A stretch of DNA of 64,000 nucleotides from an uncultured Clostridia bacterium (lineage in GTDB: Bacteria > Bacillota > Clostridia > TANB77 > CAG-508), in the NCBI GenBank assembly GCA_949745595.1, contig CATJWN010000070.1, forward strand, positions 120,542 through 184,541, read 5' to 3'. The position numbers and the translations under genes are program-made. Shown piece by piece: positions 41,389-52,790 of the stretch. A model generated the notes under the pieces. That model had not been told where the DNA came from and did not search any database. It saw nothing but the letters and a program-made list of their open reading frames with translations. Every line of letters begins with the position of its first letter. Position 1 is the stretch's first letter.

Positions 41389-42733
41389 ATGCTAAACAAA
41401 ATATTGGTAGCAAACCGTGGAGAAATAGCGGTTAGAATAATTAGAGCGTGTAGAGAACTTGATATTAAAACAGTTGCTGTATATTCAGAAGCAGATAAAG
41501 ATGCATTACATACAAGACTTGCTGACGAAGCTGTTTGCATTGGCCCTGCACCTTCAAAAAAGAGCTATTTAAACATAAAAAACATATTAGAAGCAGCGTG
41601 CTTAACACATGCAGATAGCATACATCCTCGGTTTTGGATTTTTATCAGAGAATGCGGAGTTTGCTAAAATATGTGAAGAAAGTAATATAAAATTTATAGG
41701 TCCATCTTATAAAATAATCGATTTAATGGGAAATAAATCACATGCAAAAGATTTTATGAAAAAAGCAAAAGTTCCAGTAGTACCAGGATCTGATGGCAGT
41801 ATAAAAGGATACAAAGAAGCTTGTGAGATTGCAGATAGAATAGGGTATCCTATAATGATCAAAGCAGCAGCTGGTGGTGGCGGAAAAGCCATTCGTTTAG
41901 TTACTAAAAAAGAGGATTTAGAAGATAGCTATAACCTTGTAAAACAAGAAGCAAAAGCTTTTTTTGGTGATGATGAAATATATATAGAAAAATTTGTGGA
42001 AAATCCTAGACATGTTGAAGTTCAGATTTTGGCAGATGAATATGGAAATGCAATTTACTTGGGCGAAAGAGATTGCACAGTACAAAGAAGAAATCAAAAG
42101 GTTATTGAAGAAACACCATCTACTGCATTAGATGAAAAGCTTAGAAAGAAAATGGGCGAAGCTGCTATTAATGCAATAAAAGCTTCAAAATATGCAAATG
42201 CTGGCACAATAGAATTTCTAGTAGATAAAAATAGAAACTTTTATTTTATGGAAGTAAATACTAGAATTCAGGTAGAGCATCCTGTAACAGAAATGGCAAC
42301 AGGAATAGATATTGTAAAAGAGCAGATACGTATTGCTTCAGGTGAGAAACTAAGATTTACTCAAAGTGATATAGTACCACGTGGACATAGTATTGAGTGT
42401 AGAATAAATGCTGAAAGCCCTGAAAAAGGGTTTATACCAAGCCCTGGTCAGATAAAGGAACTTAATTTGCCAGGCGGAAATGGTATAAGAATTGATACAG
42501 CAGTTTATTCTGGTTATACAATTCCAGCAGCTTATGACTCTATGATTGCTAAGATAATTGTACATGGAGAAGATAGGGAAGAAGCTATTAAAAAAATGAA
42601 AAGGGCACTAGATGAGTGCGTAATTGATGGAGTTGATACAAATATTGATTTCTTATACAAAATTTTAGATAATGAAAATTTTCAAAAAGGCAATTATGAC
42701 ACTTCTTTTATCAAGAAGGAAAATCTAGCCTAG
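41389..42733 (+). CDS. accC: acetyl-CoA carboxylase biotin carboxylase subunit. Requires +1 recoding at CGG 41629-41631.
   Basis: The invariant IHPGYGFLSEN motif is split: ...DSIHP-CGG then [13 protein letters not shown] in the +1 frame. Skipping C41629 restores [10 protein letters not shown]. Confidence 0.9.
41629..41631 (+). other. in-frame CGG +1 recoding site (cct CGG TTT; Gly GGT)
   Basis: Junction of ORFs 41389-41667 and 41609-42733. Restores the invariant Gly of the HPGYGFLSE motif. Confidence 0.85.
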
Positions 42734-42745
42734 AAGGAATGAAAT

Positions 42746-43591
42746 ATGATTATAGATAAAATCAAAAAAAGAACTACTACTGACGATCAAAATGTCGTAA
42801 GTCATGCGGATATACCTGTTGGAAAATGGGTTAAATGCGATAAATGTGGAGAAATAATTTATAAAGAGAAATTGCACGAAAATAATAGTGTTTGTCCACT
42901 TTGTAATTATCATTTTAGATTGTCTGCCAGAAGAAGAGTTTGGCAAATAACTGACCAAGATAGTTTTAAGCCTTTCGAAGAATTGCAAAGCATAAAAACT
43001 GTTAATCCCCTTGGTATGCCAGAATATATGGATAAACTAACAAGTTTACAAGAGAAAACAGGTATGACTGAGGCAGTTTATTGTGGTATCGGAAAAATAA
43101 AAGGTGAAGAAGCTGTAATTTGTGTTATGAATGCTAATTTCTTTATGGGAAGTATGGGAAGCGTTGTTGGGGAAAGAATAACATATTCTATTGAAAAAGC
43201 AATAGAGCTAAATCTTCCACTCATTATATTTTCTGCATCTGGTGGAGCTAGAATGCAAGAAGGAATAATATCGTTAATGCAAATGGCTAAAACTTCTAGT
43301 GCAATTGCAAAAGCAAATGAAGCAGGTATTTTGTATATATCAATTCTTACAGATCCTACTTATGGAGGCGTAACTGCTAGTTTTGCTACACTTGGTGATA
43401 TTATTTTAGCAGAACCAGGAGCAATGATTGGTTTTGCTGGTACTAGAGTAATTGAGCAAACTATCAATCAAAAATTACCAGATGGTTTTCAAACAGCAGA
43501 GTTTTTATTGGAGCATGGTTTCATAGATAAAATTGTTGAAAGAAAAGATATGAAGGAGACTCTATATAAACTTATAAAATTTAATAAGTAA
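42746..43591 (+). CDS. accD: acetyl-CoA carboxylase carboxyltransferase beta subunit
   Basis: N-terminal CxxC...CxxC zinc finger plus carboxyltransferase domain. Confidence 0.9.
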   Translation: MIIDKIKKRTTTDDQNVVSHADIPVGKWVKCDKCGEIIYKEKLHENNSVCPLCNYHFRLSARRRVWQITDQDSFKPFEELQSIKTVNPLGMPEYMDKLTSLQEKTGMTEAVYCGIGKIKGEEAVICVMNANFFMGSMGSVVGERITYSIEKAIELNLPLIIFSASGGARMQEGIISLMQMAKTSSAIAKANEAGILYISILTDPTYGGVTASFATLGDIILAEPGAMIGFAGTRVIEQTINQKLPDGFQTAEFLLEHGFIDKIVERKDMKETLYKLIKFNK

Positions 43592-43603
43592 GGTGGTGAG
43601 ATT

Positions 43604-44568
43604 TTGGCAAATAGTAAAATATTAAATCAGATTGAAGATTTAAAAGAAGAAATAAGAGAATTAGAAAATATCAATACAGATAAGATGATAGATGTAACAA
43701 GAGATATTGAAGAAGCAAAAAAGAGATTAAAAAATTTAGAGAGAATAAGCAGCCGGAAATCTTACTGCTTGGGAGAAAGTAGAAATTGCAAGAAGTCCAA
43801 ATAGACCAACAGCCTTAGATTACGTAGAATACATTTTTGATGAGTTTATGGAATTACACGGAGATAGAACTTCTACTGATGATAAATCAATAGTATGTGG
43901 CCTAGCAAGATTAGGTGAACAAAACTATACAATTGTTGCAGAGCAAAAAGGAAGAAATACTAAGGAAAATATAGAAAGAAATTTTGGTATGCCAAACCCA
44001 GAGAGCTATAAAAAAGGCATAAGATTTATGAAACAAGCAGAAAAATTCCATAGGCCTATAATTACTTTTATAGATACAAAAGGAGCTTATCCAGGCATTA
44101 CAGCAGAAGAGAGAGGTCAGGGAGAAGCTATTGCAAGAAGTATGTTTGAAATGTCAAAATTAAAAACTCCTATTATAGTTATTGTTATTGGAGAAGGTTC
44201 TAGTGGAGGAGCTTTAGCAATTGGTGTCGGAGATAAAATACTTATGTTAGAAAACTCAGTTTATTCAGTTTTAAGTCCAGAAGGCTTTGCAAGTATACTT
44301 TGGAAAGATGGTTCAAGGAAGGAAGAAGCTGCAGAAAAAATGAAACTTACTGCAGAAGATTTATACAATTTCAAAGTAATAGATGAAATAATTAAAGAGC
44401 CAGAAGGACGGAATAGAAAGAACAGATTTGAGTAGTGTTGCTGAAAATTTAAAACAAAGAATTATAGAAATTACTAAAGACCTAAAAGCTAAAGATACTG
44501 ATACTCTTGTAGAAGAGCGTTATCAGAAGTTTAGGAATATGGGTGAATATATTAGGGAGGAAAAATAA
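43604..44568 (+). CDS. accA: acetyl-CoA carboxylase carboxyltransferase alpha subunit. Requires +1 recoding at two CGG codons (43754-43756, 44409-44411).
   Basis: Three ORFs in frames 2, 0 and 1 assemble into full-length AccA: ...[36 protein letters not shown]... and ...[22 protein letters not shown]...REEK. Confidence 0.85.
43754..43756 (+). other. in-frame CGG +1 recoding site (agc CGG AAA)
   Basis: Junction between ORF 43604-43804 and ORF 43848-44435. Confidence 0.8.
44409..44411 (+). other. in-frame CGG +1 recoding site (gga CGG AAT)
   Basis: Junction between ORF 43848-44435 and the AccA C-terminal extension to 44568. Confidence 0.7.
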
Positions 44569-45339
44569 TGATATTAGAGAATAAGATTATTTTAATTATG
44601 GGAATTAGAAATAAATGGAGTATTGCATACGGTGCAGCAAAGGCTGCAGCAGAGCAAGGCGCAAAACTATGCTTTACTTTTATGGGAGAAGATAATAGAC
44701 CAAAAATAGAAGAATTAATTAGCGAGTTTGAAGGAGCAAAAGCTTATACTTGTGATGCGTCAATAGATAGCGACATCGAGAATTTATATAAAAAAATTAA
44801 AGAAGATTATGGAAAACTAGATGGAATAGTGCACTGTATAGCACATGCTTTTACAGAAGACTTACATAATGATTTTATCGAGACAAGTAAAGAAGGTTAT
44901 GCTCATGCAGTAGATGTAAGTGCATATACTTTAGTAGCAGTTGCAAGAATTGCTAAAAATATGGATATGCTAAACGAAAATGCAAGTATTGTATCACTTA
45001 CTTATCATGGCTCTACAAAAGTTTTACCAGGATATAATGTAATGGGTGTTGCAAAAGCAGCATTAGAGTGTAGTGTAAGATATTTAGCAGATAATTTAGG
45101 ACCAATAGGAATTAGAGTAAATGCTGTTTCTGCAGGACCAATTAAAACACTTTCTGCAAAAGGCATAAAAGACTTTAATTCGATCTTGGATGTAGTAGAA
45201 GAAAAATCACCACTTCGCAGAAATGTAACAAAAGAGCAAGTTGGTAATACAGTTGCGTTTATGCTAAGCAATATGTCAGATGCAATTACTGGTCAAGTAA
45301 TTTATGCTGATAGTGGATATAATATAGAACGGAATTTAA
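44568..45339 (+). CDS. fabI: enoyl-ACP reductase (NADH), FabI-type. CGG 45330-45332 lies three codons before the stop.
   Basis: SDR-type FabI with C-terminus ...YADSGYNIE-CGG. Skipping C45330 gives ...NIEGI followed by stop. Without the shift, a 16-aa extension would overlap the patatin start. Confidence 0.8.
45330..45332 (+). other. in-frame CGG +1 recoding site near the fabI 3' end (gaa CGG AAT)
   Basis: Alternative outcomes: a short GI tail (+1) or the extension RNLTFFNHLEYTILGDFL (zero frame). Confidence 0.6.
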
Positions 45340-45382
45340 CATTTTTTAATCACCTAGAATATACTATTCTAGGTGATTTTTT

Positions 45383-46241
45383 ATGAAATTAGGTTTAAGT
45401 TTAGCGGGAGGCGGTATAAAGGGCGCAGCACATATAGGTGCAATAAAAGCCTTGCAAGAAGAAGGAGTACAAATAGATTACATATCAGGTACCTCTTCTG
45501 GTAGCATAGTTGCAAGTTTGTATGCTTGTGGATACAGCACTTCAGAAATGTATAATATTTTTAAGAAATATGCAAAAACAATAGGATATTTTGATAGTAG
45601 AAATGTTTTGAAGTTTATAAAAGATTTAGTATTTCATACTGATATTAGAGTGTCAGGTTTAAATAGTGGAAATTCTATATATAAACTTGCAAAAGATATA
45701 ACTTATGCAAAAGGAATAAAATCTATAGATGGTGTACAAATGCCTCTTCTAATTCCAGCTGTAAATATTAAAAATGAAGAATTATATGTGTTTTATTCAA
45801 AAGATATTAGAGGTTTAAGTAATTCGAAAGTAAAATATATAAATGATATTGAACTTGCTGGTGCAATAAGGGCTAGTTGTAGCTATCCACGGAATCTTCT
45901 CACCATATAATTATAAAGGAGAGTTATTAGTGGATGGCGGTATAGCAGAAAATGTACCATGGAGTGAACTAAAAAGAGTTGGAGCAGATAAAGTATTAAG
46001 TATTACTTTTAAAGATATTGAAGGCAAGAAGTGTTGCAAAAATTTATTTGAAGTGCTAGATAAATCCTTTAGTGTGATGTGCCACGAGCTTGCAAAATAT
46101 GAAATTTTTGGGACAGATTATCTAATAGAAATTGAACATGAAAATGTAGGATTATTAGACGTAAAACATTTAGACGAACTTTATGAAATAGGGTACAAAC
46201 AGACCAAAAGTAAATTAAAAGAAATGAATCTTAATAATTAA
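45383..46241 (+). CDS. patatin-like phospholipase. Requires +1 recoding at CGG 45890-45892.
   Basis: GGGIKG oxyanion motif; GTSSG nucleophile elbow. ...ASCSYP-CGG then GIFSPYNYKGELLVDGGIAENVP in the +1 frame (patatin PGIF motif and DGG catalytic Asp). Confidence 0.75.
45890..45892 (+). other. in-frame CGG +1 recoding site (cca CGG AAT)
   Basis: Junction of ORFs 45383-45910 and 45930-46241. Confidence 0.8.
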
Positions 46242-46274
46242 ACTTTGCATTACGTTCCTCAGATCTGCACTGCA

Positions 46275-46378
46275 TACATTAATGAATTCTAAAAAATCTA
46301 TGGAGCCTCTTTCACTTAGCACTCACTTCGTTCGGCGTGAACATTACTCCATAGATTTTTAAAGAATTCATAAATGTA
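46275..46378. repeat. ~31-bp imperfect inverted repeat flanking a 41-bp core (long stem-loop) in a convergent intergenic region
   Basis: Left arm TACATTAATGAATTCTAAAAAATCTATGGAG (46275-46305). Right arm CTCCATAGATTTTTAAAGAATTCATAAATGTA (46347-46378). Confidence 0.5.
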
Positions 46379-46439
46379 CTCCGTTTGTATTCGGAACTTC
46401 ATTTAAAGTTTAAATTATTAAAATTCAATATAAATAGTT

Positions 46440-47354
46440 TTATTTTTTATCCTTATGTTTATATTCAAATGTAGGAAAAGCATTAATAAGTCTTTTGTGT
46501 AAATAAGATTTTTTAGAAAAAGCTTCTTTTAATTCTTTTGTATAATCACGATTAGAAGCTTTTACTGTATTTAAGTCTTCATGTATTTTGTCTTTTAGCT
46601 CATTTATTCTTCTAACAGTTTCTTCGTACTCATAATTAATTCTTTTATTAATTTTAAGCTTCATATGAAGCATTTTTCTTTGACGTTTTAGACGTCTTTT
46701 TCTTTTATTTTTCCTTACATCAGATTCTAATTGCATTGCCATAGTTTCAGCCTGTTCTTGAAGGTAACTAGAGATATTTTCAGTATCGTCAGCTGCTGAT
46801 AAATCAGCTTCAGCAGTTTTAAGCCCTGAAAGTATATAACAAGTTAAAATGCAATCTATAATTATACCTATAAATAATATTATAGAAATAATGTGACAAA
46901 TAAGTGAAGGAAGGCTATTAAACAATTTTATGAAAATAGGGTTTGTAAAGCAAACAGTTATTACACCAGCTATTCCAAAAGGAAGTAAAGTTTCTAAACA
47001 AATTCTTCCATTTATATTAAATTTTCTAGAGCTGTAATCCCACCAGCGAGCATCAAATAGTTTCTCCATAATAAAACTAGTAAAATATTCTAATATTCCA
47101 CAAGTAATCATTGATAACCAAAATAGTGCTGGCATATCATTTTGATATTTTCCAAGTAGCAATTGTATAGCAACTACTCCAAAACCATAGATTGGAAGAT
47201 ACGGTCCAAGTAAAAAGCCTCTATTTACAAAGTGTCCTACATTTTTATTAAATATCATTTTAACACTTTCCATAACCCAACCTAAAATAGAATAAGTCAT
47301 AAAAAGCAAGAAGTATATTTCTAAAGAATAACGCATAAATTCCTCCTTAAACAT
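46440..47354 (-). CDS. polytopic membrane protein with a C-terminal charged coiled-coil tail
   Basis: 304 aa; ~6 TM helices; WW-containing loops; K/R-rich C-terminus. Confidence 0.45.
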   Translation of the reverse strand: MFKEEFMRYSLEIYFLLFMTYSILGWVMESVKMIFNKNVGHFVNRGFLLGPYLPIYGFGVVAIQLLLGKYQNDMPALFWLSMITCGILEYFTSFIMEKLFDARWWDYSSRKFNINGRICLETLLPFGIAGVITVCFTNPIFIKLFNSLPSLICHIISIILFIGIIIDCILTCYILSGLKTAEADLSAADDTENISSYLQEQAETMAMQLESDVRKNKRKRRLKRQRKMLHMKLKINKRINYEYEETVRRINELKDKIHEDLNTVKASNRDYTKELKEAFSKKSYLHKRLINAFPTFEYKHKDKK

Positions 47355-47438
47355 TTTAATAAAATAATATCACATATTACAAGATTCTTCAAATTTTACT
47401 GTAAATTTTGGGTAAGATATTTATATAGAGGTGAGGTA

Positions 47439-48519
47439 ATGAGGATAGATAAAGTAAAAGCCATTTCAAAGATTATAGCATTTTTCTTGTTTATTTGTTT
47501 TTCAGTTTTTATTAGTTTTAAGCTATTTGTATTTTATATACCCTTTTTAATAGGATTTGCTATTGCAGAACTATTAGAGCCCATAATAATTAGTATTAAA
47601 AACAAAAGCAATTTAACAAGAAAGACAAGCAGTATACTTGTGCTAGTTATATTTTTTGCAATATGTATAAGTTTAATTTCTTTAGGTAGTATTTTTCTAA
47701 TTTCAGAAGTAACAGATGCTTTATCTGGAATGAATGGATATATTGAAATCATTATGAATAAAGTCCAAGATATAAAAATAGATAATTGGAATATAAATAG
47801 CAATATAAAACCGATAATCGAAAATGCAACTGTTAGCTTTATAAACGAGTCTGGAAATATCATTAAAAATTATTTAAGTGAATTTATAAAATGGATAGGG
47901 AAAATACCAAACTTTTTTGTATATTTAGTAATAACAATACTTAGTACGTATTTTATATCTTCAGATAAATTCTATATTTTAGATAGAATGGAATATCATT
48001 TTCCAAAGAAATGGATAGGGAAGTTAAGGGAAAAGACAAGGAAAATTAAGAGTAGCTTGGGTGGATATTTAAAAGCCGAAATTATCATGATTTTCATATC
48101 TTTTATCATTGTTTTAGTAGGTTTAACGATATTTAATTTAATTGGTTTACCATTAGAATATCCTCTTCTGATGGCGCTAATTATTGGATTTGTTGATGCG
48201 CTTCCAATACTTCGGAAGTGGGACAGTACTAATACCTTGGTCAGTTATCTCTTTCATAAATTCTGACATATCTTTAGGCTCAGCACTTTTAGGATTATAT
48301 GTATTTACTTTACTTGCAAAACAGTTCATAGAACCGAAGATTGTAAGCAATAAAATAGGTATACATCCAATCTTTACTTTGATTGCAATGTATACCGGAT
48401 TCAAGTTTTTAGGATTGATAGGACTTTTGGCAGGTCCAATTATTTTGATAATATTAAAAAATATCTTTTCTAATACTATAGATAAAGGACTGGTAAATAG
48501 TATTTTAGATATACTTTAA
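47439..48519 (+). CDS. AI-2E family transporter (sporulation integral membrane protein YtvI-like). Requires +1 recoding at CGG 48213-48215.
   Basis: ...DALPIL-CGG then GSGTVLIPWSVISFINSDISLGSALLGLYVFTLLAKQFIEPKIV... (the conserved GTxxIPW region) in the +1 frame. Confidence 0.7.
48213..48215 (+). other. in-frame CGG +1 recoding site (ctt CGG AAG)
   Basis: Junction of ORFs 47439-48266 and 48184-48519. Confidence 0.75.
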
Positions 48520-49071
48520 TATATTACAGCTGTTGGAACATAGTAGTCATCTGGAACAGGAACATCAGACTTTTCTGGTTTTGCCACTTTTTCAATTTCA
48601 GTTATATTAATAATTGGAACTTCTCCGAGAATATTCGCCTTTTTCTATAGTACCTACAATCCTTACCCAAGCGTTATTTTCAAATTTAGTTGCATCTTTG
48701 CACTTGCTTAAAAAACCAACTACTAAGCTTTGCTTAGGCGAATCTGAAATAATCATATCACGAGCTAAGATAAATTCGTCTTCTTTTATATCAGATACTC
48801 TATAAACATAACCGGTAAAACAAATTTTTTGACCTATATATGTGTCAATATTGTCATTAACCATTTTCAATATATTAGTATAATCTTCGTCACGGATTAT
48901 AGCAATATCAGTATTAGGCAAACACTCTAAATTTTCAAAGGTTTCTCTGTTATAACCTTTAAAAATCTTAAAGCCCGCTACGATAGCAAGGCATATACAA
49001 ATAATAGCAAAAAAGCCTAAAATCCATTTAAAACAAGCATTTTTATTAAATTTTACATTACAAACAAACAT
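48516..49071 (-). CDS. hypothetical membrane-anchored protein. Requires +1 recoding at minus-strand CGG (plus-strand CCG 48625-48627).
   Basis: Minus-strand ORF 48607-49071 ends ...EYS-CGG. Skipping the C gives ...EYSGEVPIINITEIEKVAKPEKSDVPVPDDYYVPTAVIY then stop at 48516-48518. This is the only minus-strand in-frame CGG in the window, and it behaves identically. Confidence 0.5.
48625..48627 (-). other. in-frame CGG +1 recoding site on the minus strand (tct CGG AGA)
   Basis: Shows the signal follows the coding strand and codon phase, not the plus-strand sequence. Confidence 0.6.
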
Positions 49072-49204
49072 AGCATAAGACCTTCCTTCAAAAGTAGTTT
49101 TGTAAAGTCTATTCTTGAAAGGTGTTTTTTATGAATAAAACTTGCAAAAGACTATGAAAAATGATATAGTCTATAGGTAAAAACTTAAATAGAGGTGAAG
49201 TCAA

Positions 49205-52003
49205 GTGGGATTTTTAAATAAGATTTTTAAAAGTTATAGTGAAAAAGAAGTAAAGAGAGTTATGCCAATAGTTGAGCAAATCAATGGTTTAGAACCTGAA
49301 ATGGAAAAATTATCTGATGAAGAGCTAAGAGCAAAAACAGATTATTTCAAGGGTGAGCTTGCAAATGGCAAAACTTTAGATGATATATTGCCAGAGGCTT
49401 TTGCAGTTATGAGAGAAGCTTCAAAAAGAGTTTTAGGAATGAGACATTTCGATGTGCAATTAATAGGTGGTATTATATTACATCAAGGTAGAATTGCAGA
49501 AATGAAAACTGGTGAAGGAAAAACACTTGTTGCTACATTACCAGTGTACTTAAATGCACTTGAAGGAAAAGGTGTTCATGTTATTACTGTTAACGAATAC
49601 TTAGCTAAAAGAGATAGTGAGTGGATGGGAAAAGTATATAGATTTTTGGGATTATCTGTTGGTCTTGTACTAGGACAACAAGAGAGTTCTTTAAAACGTG
49701 AAGCATATAATGCTGATATTACTTATTGTACTAATAGTGAACTTGGTTTTGACTATCTAAGAGATAATATGGTCATTAGAAAAGAAGATATGGTACAACG
49801 TGGTTTGCACTATGCTATCCTAGACGAGATTGATAGTATTTTAATTGACGAAGCACGTACACCACTTATTATTTCTGGTATGTCACAAAACAAAACATCT
49901 GATTTATATAAAAAAGCAGATAGTTTTGTTAAGAGATTAGAAGCTAAAACTATAGTAGAAGACGATGTTAAAAATGTAGAGCAAACAGAAGATAATGAAA
50001 ATTATGACTATATTATAGACCTAAAGGCAAAAACAGCAGCACTTACTGGAAAAGGTATAGCAAAGGCTGAACAATATTTTAATCTAGAAAATTACAATGA
50101 TCTAGAGAATTCAGATATAGTTCATAATGTTACACAAGCACTTCGTGCAAATGGTATTATGAAAAAAGATATTGACTACATAGTAAAAGACGGCGAAGTC
50201 TTGATTGTAGACGAATTTACAGGAAGAATAATGTATGGAAGAAGATATAGTGATGGTTTACACCAAGCAATTGAAGCTAAAGAAGGTGTTAAGATAGCTG
50301 ACGAGTCAAGAACACTTGCTACTATTACTTATCAAAACTTCTTCAGATTATATGATAAATTATCTGGTATGACAGGTACTGCTATGACAGAAGAGGCTGA
50401 ATTTAAAGAAATTTATCATTTGGACGTTATTTCAATTCCTACAAACAGACCTCTTATAAGAAAAGATGAGATAGATGCAGTTTATAAAAATGAAAATGCA
50501 AAATATGCTGCAATTGTTAGAGATATTAAAGCTTGCCATGAAAAAGGTCAGCCAGTACTTGTTGGTACAGTTTCTATCGAGAAATCTGAAAAACTAAGTG
50601 CACTTTTACAAAGAGAAGGCTTGAAACATGAAGTATTAAATGCTAAGAATCATGAAAAAGAAGCTGAAATTATAGCACAAGCAGGTAAATTTGGAGCAGT
50701 TACAATTGCAACAAACATGGCTGGTCGTGGTACTGATATTATGCTTGGTGGTAATAGTGAGTACTTAGCTAAACAAGAAATGCGTAAACTAAAATATTCT
50801 GATGATTTAGTAGAGCAAGCAACAGCTTTTAACGAAACTAACGACCAAGAAATTCTTGATGCAAGAAAGAAGTTCAAAGAATTAAAAGATAAACATGAAA
50901 ATGAAATTGCAGACGAGAAAGCAAAAGTAATTGAAGTAGGTGGACTAAGGATTATTGGTACTGAAAGACATGAGTCAAGAAGAATTGATAACCAGCTTCG
51001 TGGACGTAGTGGACGTCAAGGTGATCCAGGTTCAACTATGTTTTATTTGGCAGTAGATGATAATTTACTTAAAATATTTGGTGGAGATTTAATTTCTTCA
51101 CTTGTAAACACTGATAAAATTCCAGATGATCAACCTTTCCAAGTTGGACTTTTAGGAAAAACTATAGAACGTGCTCAATCAAGGGTTGAAGGGCAACATT
51201 TCTCAGCTCGTAAATATATTTTAAGTTATGATGATGTTATAAATGTACAAAGAGAGATTATTTACAGAGAAAGAAGACAAGTTTTAGATGGTACAGATAT
51301 TAGAGATAATATTATAAATATGCTTGAGTCTGCTTGTGAGCTTGTAGTAGATACCTATAGTGCTGATATGGAAGAGGAAAACTTCAATAAAGCACCTTTA
51401 GTAAATGAGATTAGAACAACCTTTAATATGCCACAAGAAGAACTTGCAGAACTTAAAGAATTAAATAAAGATACTATAAATCCAGTAGAACTTATTTCAG
51501 AATTACAAGCAAAAGTTATTGCTAAATATGAAGCAAAAGAGCAAGAAATTGGTCCAGAATTAAGAGAGTTCGAAAGAAGAGTTATGCTTATGATAGTAGA
51601 CTCTAAATGGATGGACCATATTGATGCAATGGATGAACTTAAAAATGGTATTGGACTTCGTGCTTATGGTCAAAAGGATCCAGTTATCCAATATAGAATT
51701 GAAGGCGCAGATATGTTTGACGAAATGATTGCTAAAATCAAAATAGAAGTAGCACAATACGTACTTCATGTTACTAAAAAACCAATGAATGAGCCAAGAG
51801 TAAGTAATGTAAGAATAACAAATACAAGATTAGATACAAGTGCAATTGACACAATTACTCCAGTTGGCGAATCAGCACCAAATAAGACTTCAGATAGTAA
51901 ACCACAACCAATAGTAAATAATGGTCCAAAAGTTGGTCGTAACGATCCTTGTCCTTGTGGAAGTGGTAAAAAGTACAAGAACTGTTGTGGAAAAAATCAG
52001 TAA
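49205..52003 (+). CDS. secA: preprotein translocase ATPase SecA
   Basis: 932 aa; DEAD-like motor domains; C-terminal zinc-binding [14 protein letters not shown]. Contains no in-frame CGG. Confidence 0.95.
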   Translation: MGFLNKIFKSYSEKEVKRVMPIVEQINGLEPEMEKLSDEELRAKTDYFKGELANGKTLDDILPEAFAVMREASKRVLGMRHFDVQLIGGIILHQGRIAEMKTGEGKTLVATLPVYLNALEGKGVHVITVNEYLAKRDSEWMGKVYRFLGLSVGLVLGQQESSLKREAYNADITYCTNSELGFDYLRDNMVIRKEDMVQRGLHYAILDEIDSILIDEARTPLIISGMSQNKTSDLYKKADSFVKRLEAKTIVEDDVKNVEQTEDNENYDYIIDLKAKTAALTGKGIAKAEQYFNLENYNDLENSDIVHNVTQALRANGIMKKDIDYIVKDGEVLIVDEFTGRIMYGRRYSDGLHQAIEAKEGVKIADESRTLATITYQNFFRLYDKLSGMTGTAMTEEAEFKEIYHLDVISIPTNRPLIRKDEIDAVYKNENAKYAAIVRDIKACHEKGQPVLVGTVSIEKSEKLSALLQREGLKHEVLNAKNHEKEAEIIAQAGKFGAVTIATNMAGRGTDIMLGGNSEYLAKQEMRKLKYSDDLVEQATAFNETNDQEILDARKKFKELKDKHENEIADEKAKVIEVGGLRIIGTERHESRRIDNQLRGRSGRQGDPGSTMFYLAVDDNLLKIFGGDLISSLVNTDKIPDDQPFQVGLLGKTIERAQSRVEGQHFSARKYILSYDDVINVQREIIYRERRQVLDGTDIRDNIINMLESACELVVDTYSADMEEENFNKAPLVNEIRTTFNMPQEELAELKELNKDTINPVELISELQAKVIAKYEAKEQEIGPELREFERRVMLMIVDSKWMDHIDAMDELKNGIGLRAYGQKDPVIQYRIEGADMFDEMIAKIKIEVAQYVLHVTKKPMNEPRVSNVRITNTRLDTSAIDTITPVGESAPNKTSDSKPQPIVNNGPKVGRNDPCPCGSGKKYKNCCGKNQ

Positions 52004-52127
52004 AAGAATAGAGCTATAGAAATATAGCTCTAACTTTATTTATAATCCAAATTTAGAAAATTTAAAAAAACTATTGACTTGGAGCTAACTCCAAGTGATA
52101 TATATTTAATAGAAAGGAAATTTTATT

Positions 52128-52778
52128 ATGAAATGTAATAAAAATATGATGCTGCTTTATGCAGTTACTAACAGTAAATTACCAAGCAAACTACCATTGA
52201 TGGAACAAGTTGAAGCTGCACTAAAAGGTGGAATTACTTGTTTGCAATTAAGAGAAAAGGATTTAGATGAGGCATCTTTTCTTGCAAGAGCAATAGAAAT
52301 GCAAAAGCTATGTGAAAAGTATGGTGTACCATTAATAATTAATGACAATGTCAATGTAGCTATAAAATCTGGAGCAAGTGGAATTCATGTTGGACAGTCA
52401 GATATGAAATTAAGTGAAGTTAGAAAATTAGTTGGAGATAATATGATTATTGGTGTTTCTGCTCATAATGTTGAAGAAGCAAAAGCAGCAGAAGCAGGTG
52501 GTGCAGACTATCTTGGAGTTGGTGCCATATATGCAACTACTACAAAGCCAGATGCTACTTATGTACCATTAAACGAACTGAAGAGAATATGTAAAGCAGT
52601 AAGAATTCCAGTAGTAGCAATTGGTGGAATGGAGAGAAGTACAATATCAAAATTATCAGGAACAGGCGTAGATGGTGTTGCTATGGTTTCAGCTATTTTT
52701 GCAGCAGAAAACATTGAACAAGAGTGCAGAAGATTGCTAAGACAATCTAAAGATATGGTATATGAAATGGAAAGATAA
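52128..52778 (+). CDS. thiE: thiamine-phosphate synthase
   Basis: TIM-barrel ThiE family (LYAVTN..., GADYLGVGAIYATTTK). Confidence 0.7.
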   Translation: MKCNKNMMLLYAVTNSKLPSKLPLMEQVEAALKGGITCLQLREKDLDEASFLARAIEMQKLCEKYGVPLIINDNVNVAIKSGASGIHVGQSDMKLSEVRKLVGDNMIIGVSAHNVEEAKAAEAGGADYLGVGAIYATTTKPDATYVPLNELKRICKAVRIPVVAIGGMERSTISKLSGTGVDGVAMVSAIFAAENIEQECRRLLRQSKDMVYEMER

Positions 52779-52790
52779 GGAGAATTTTAT

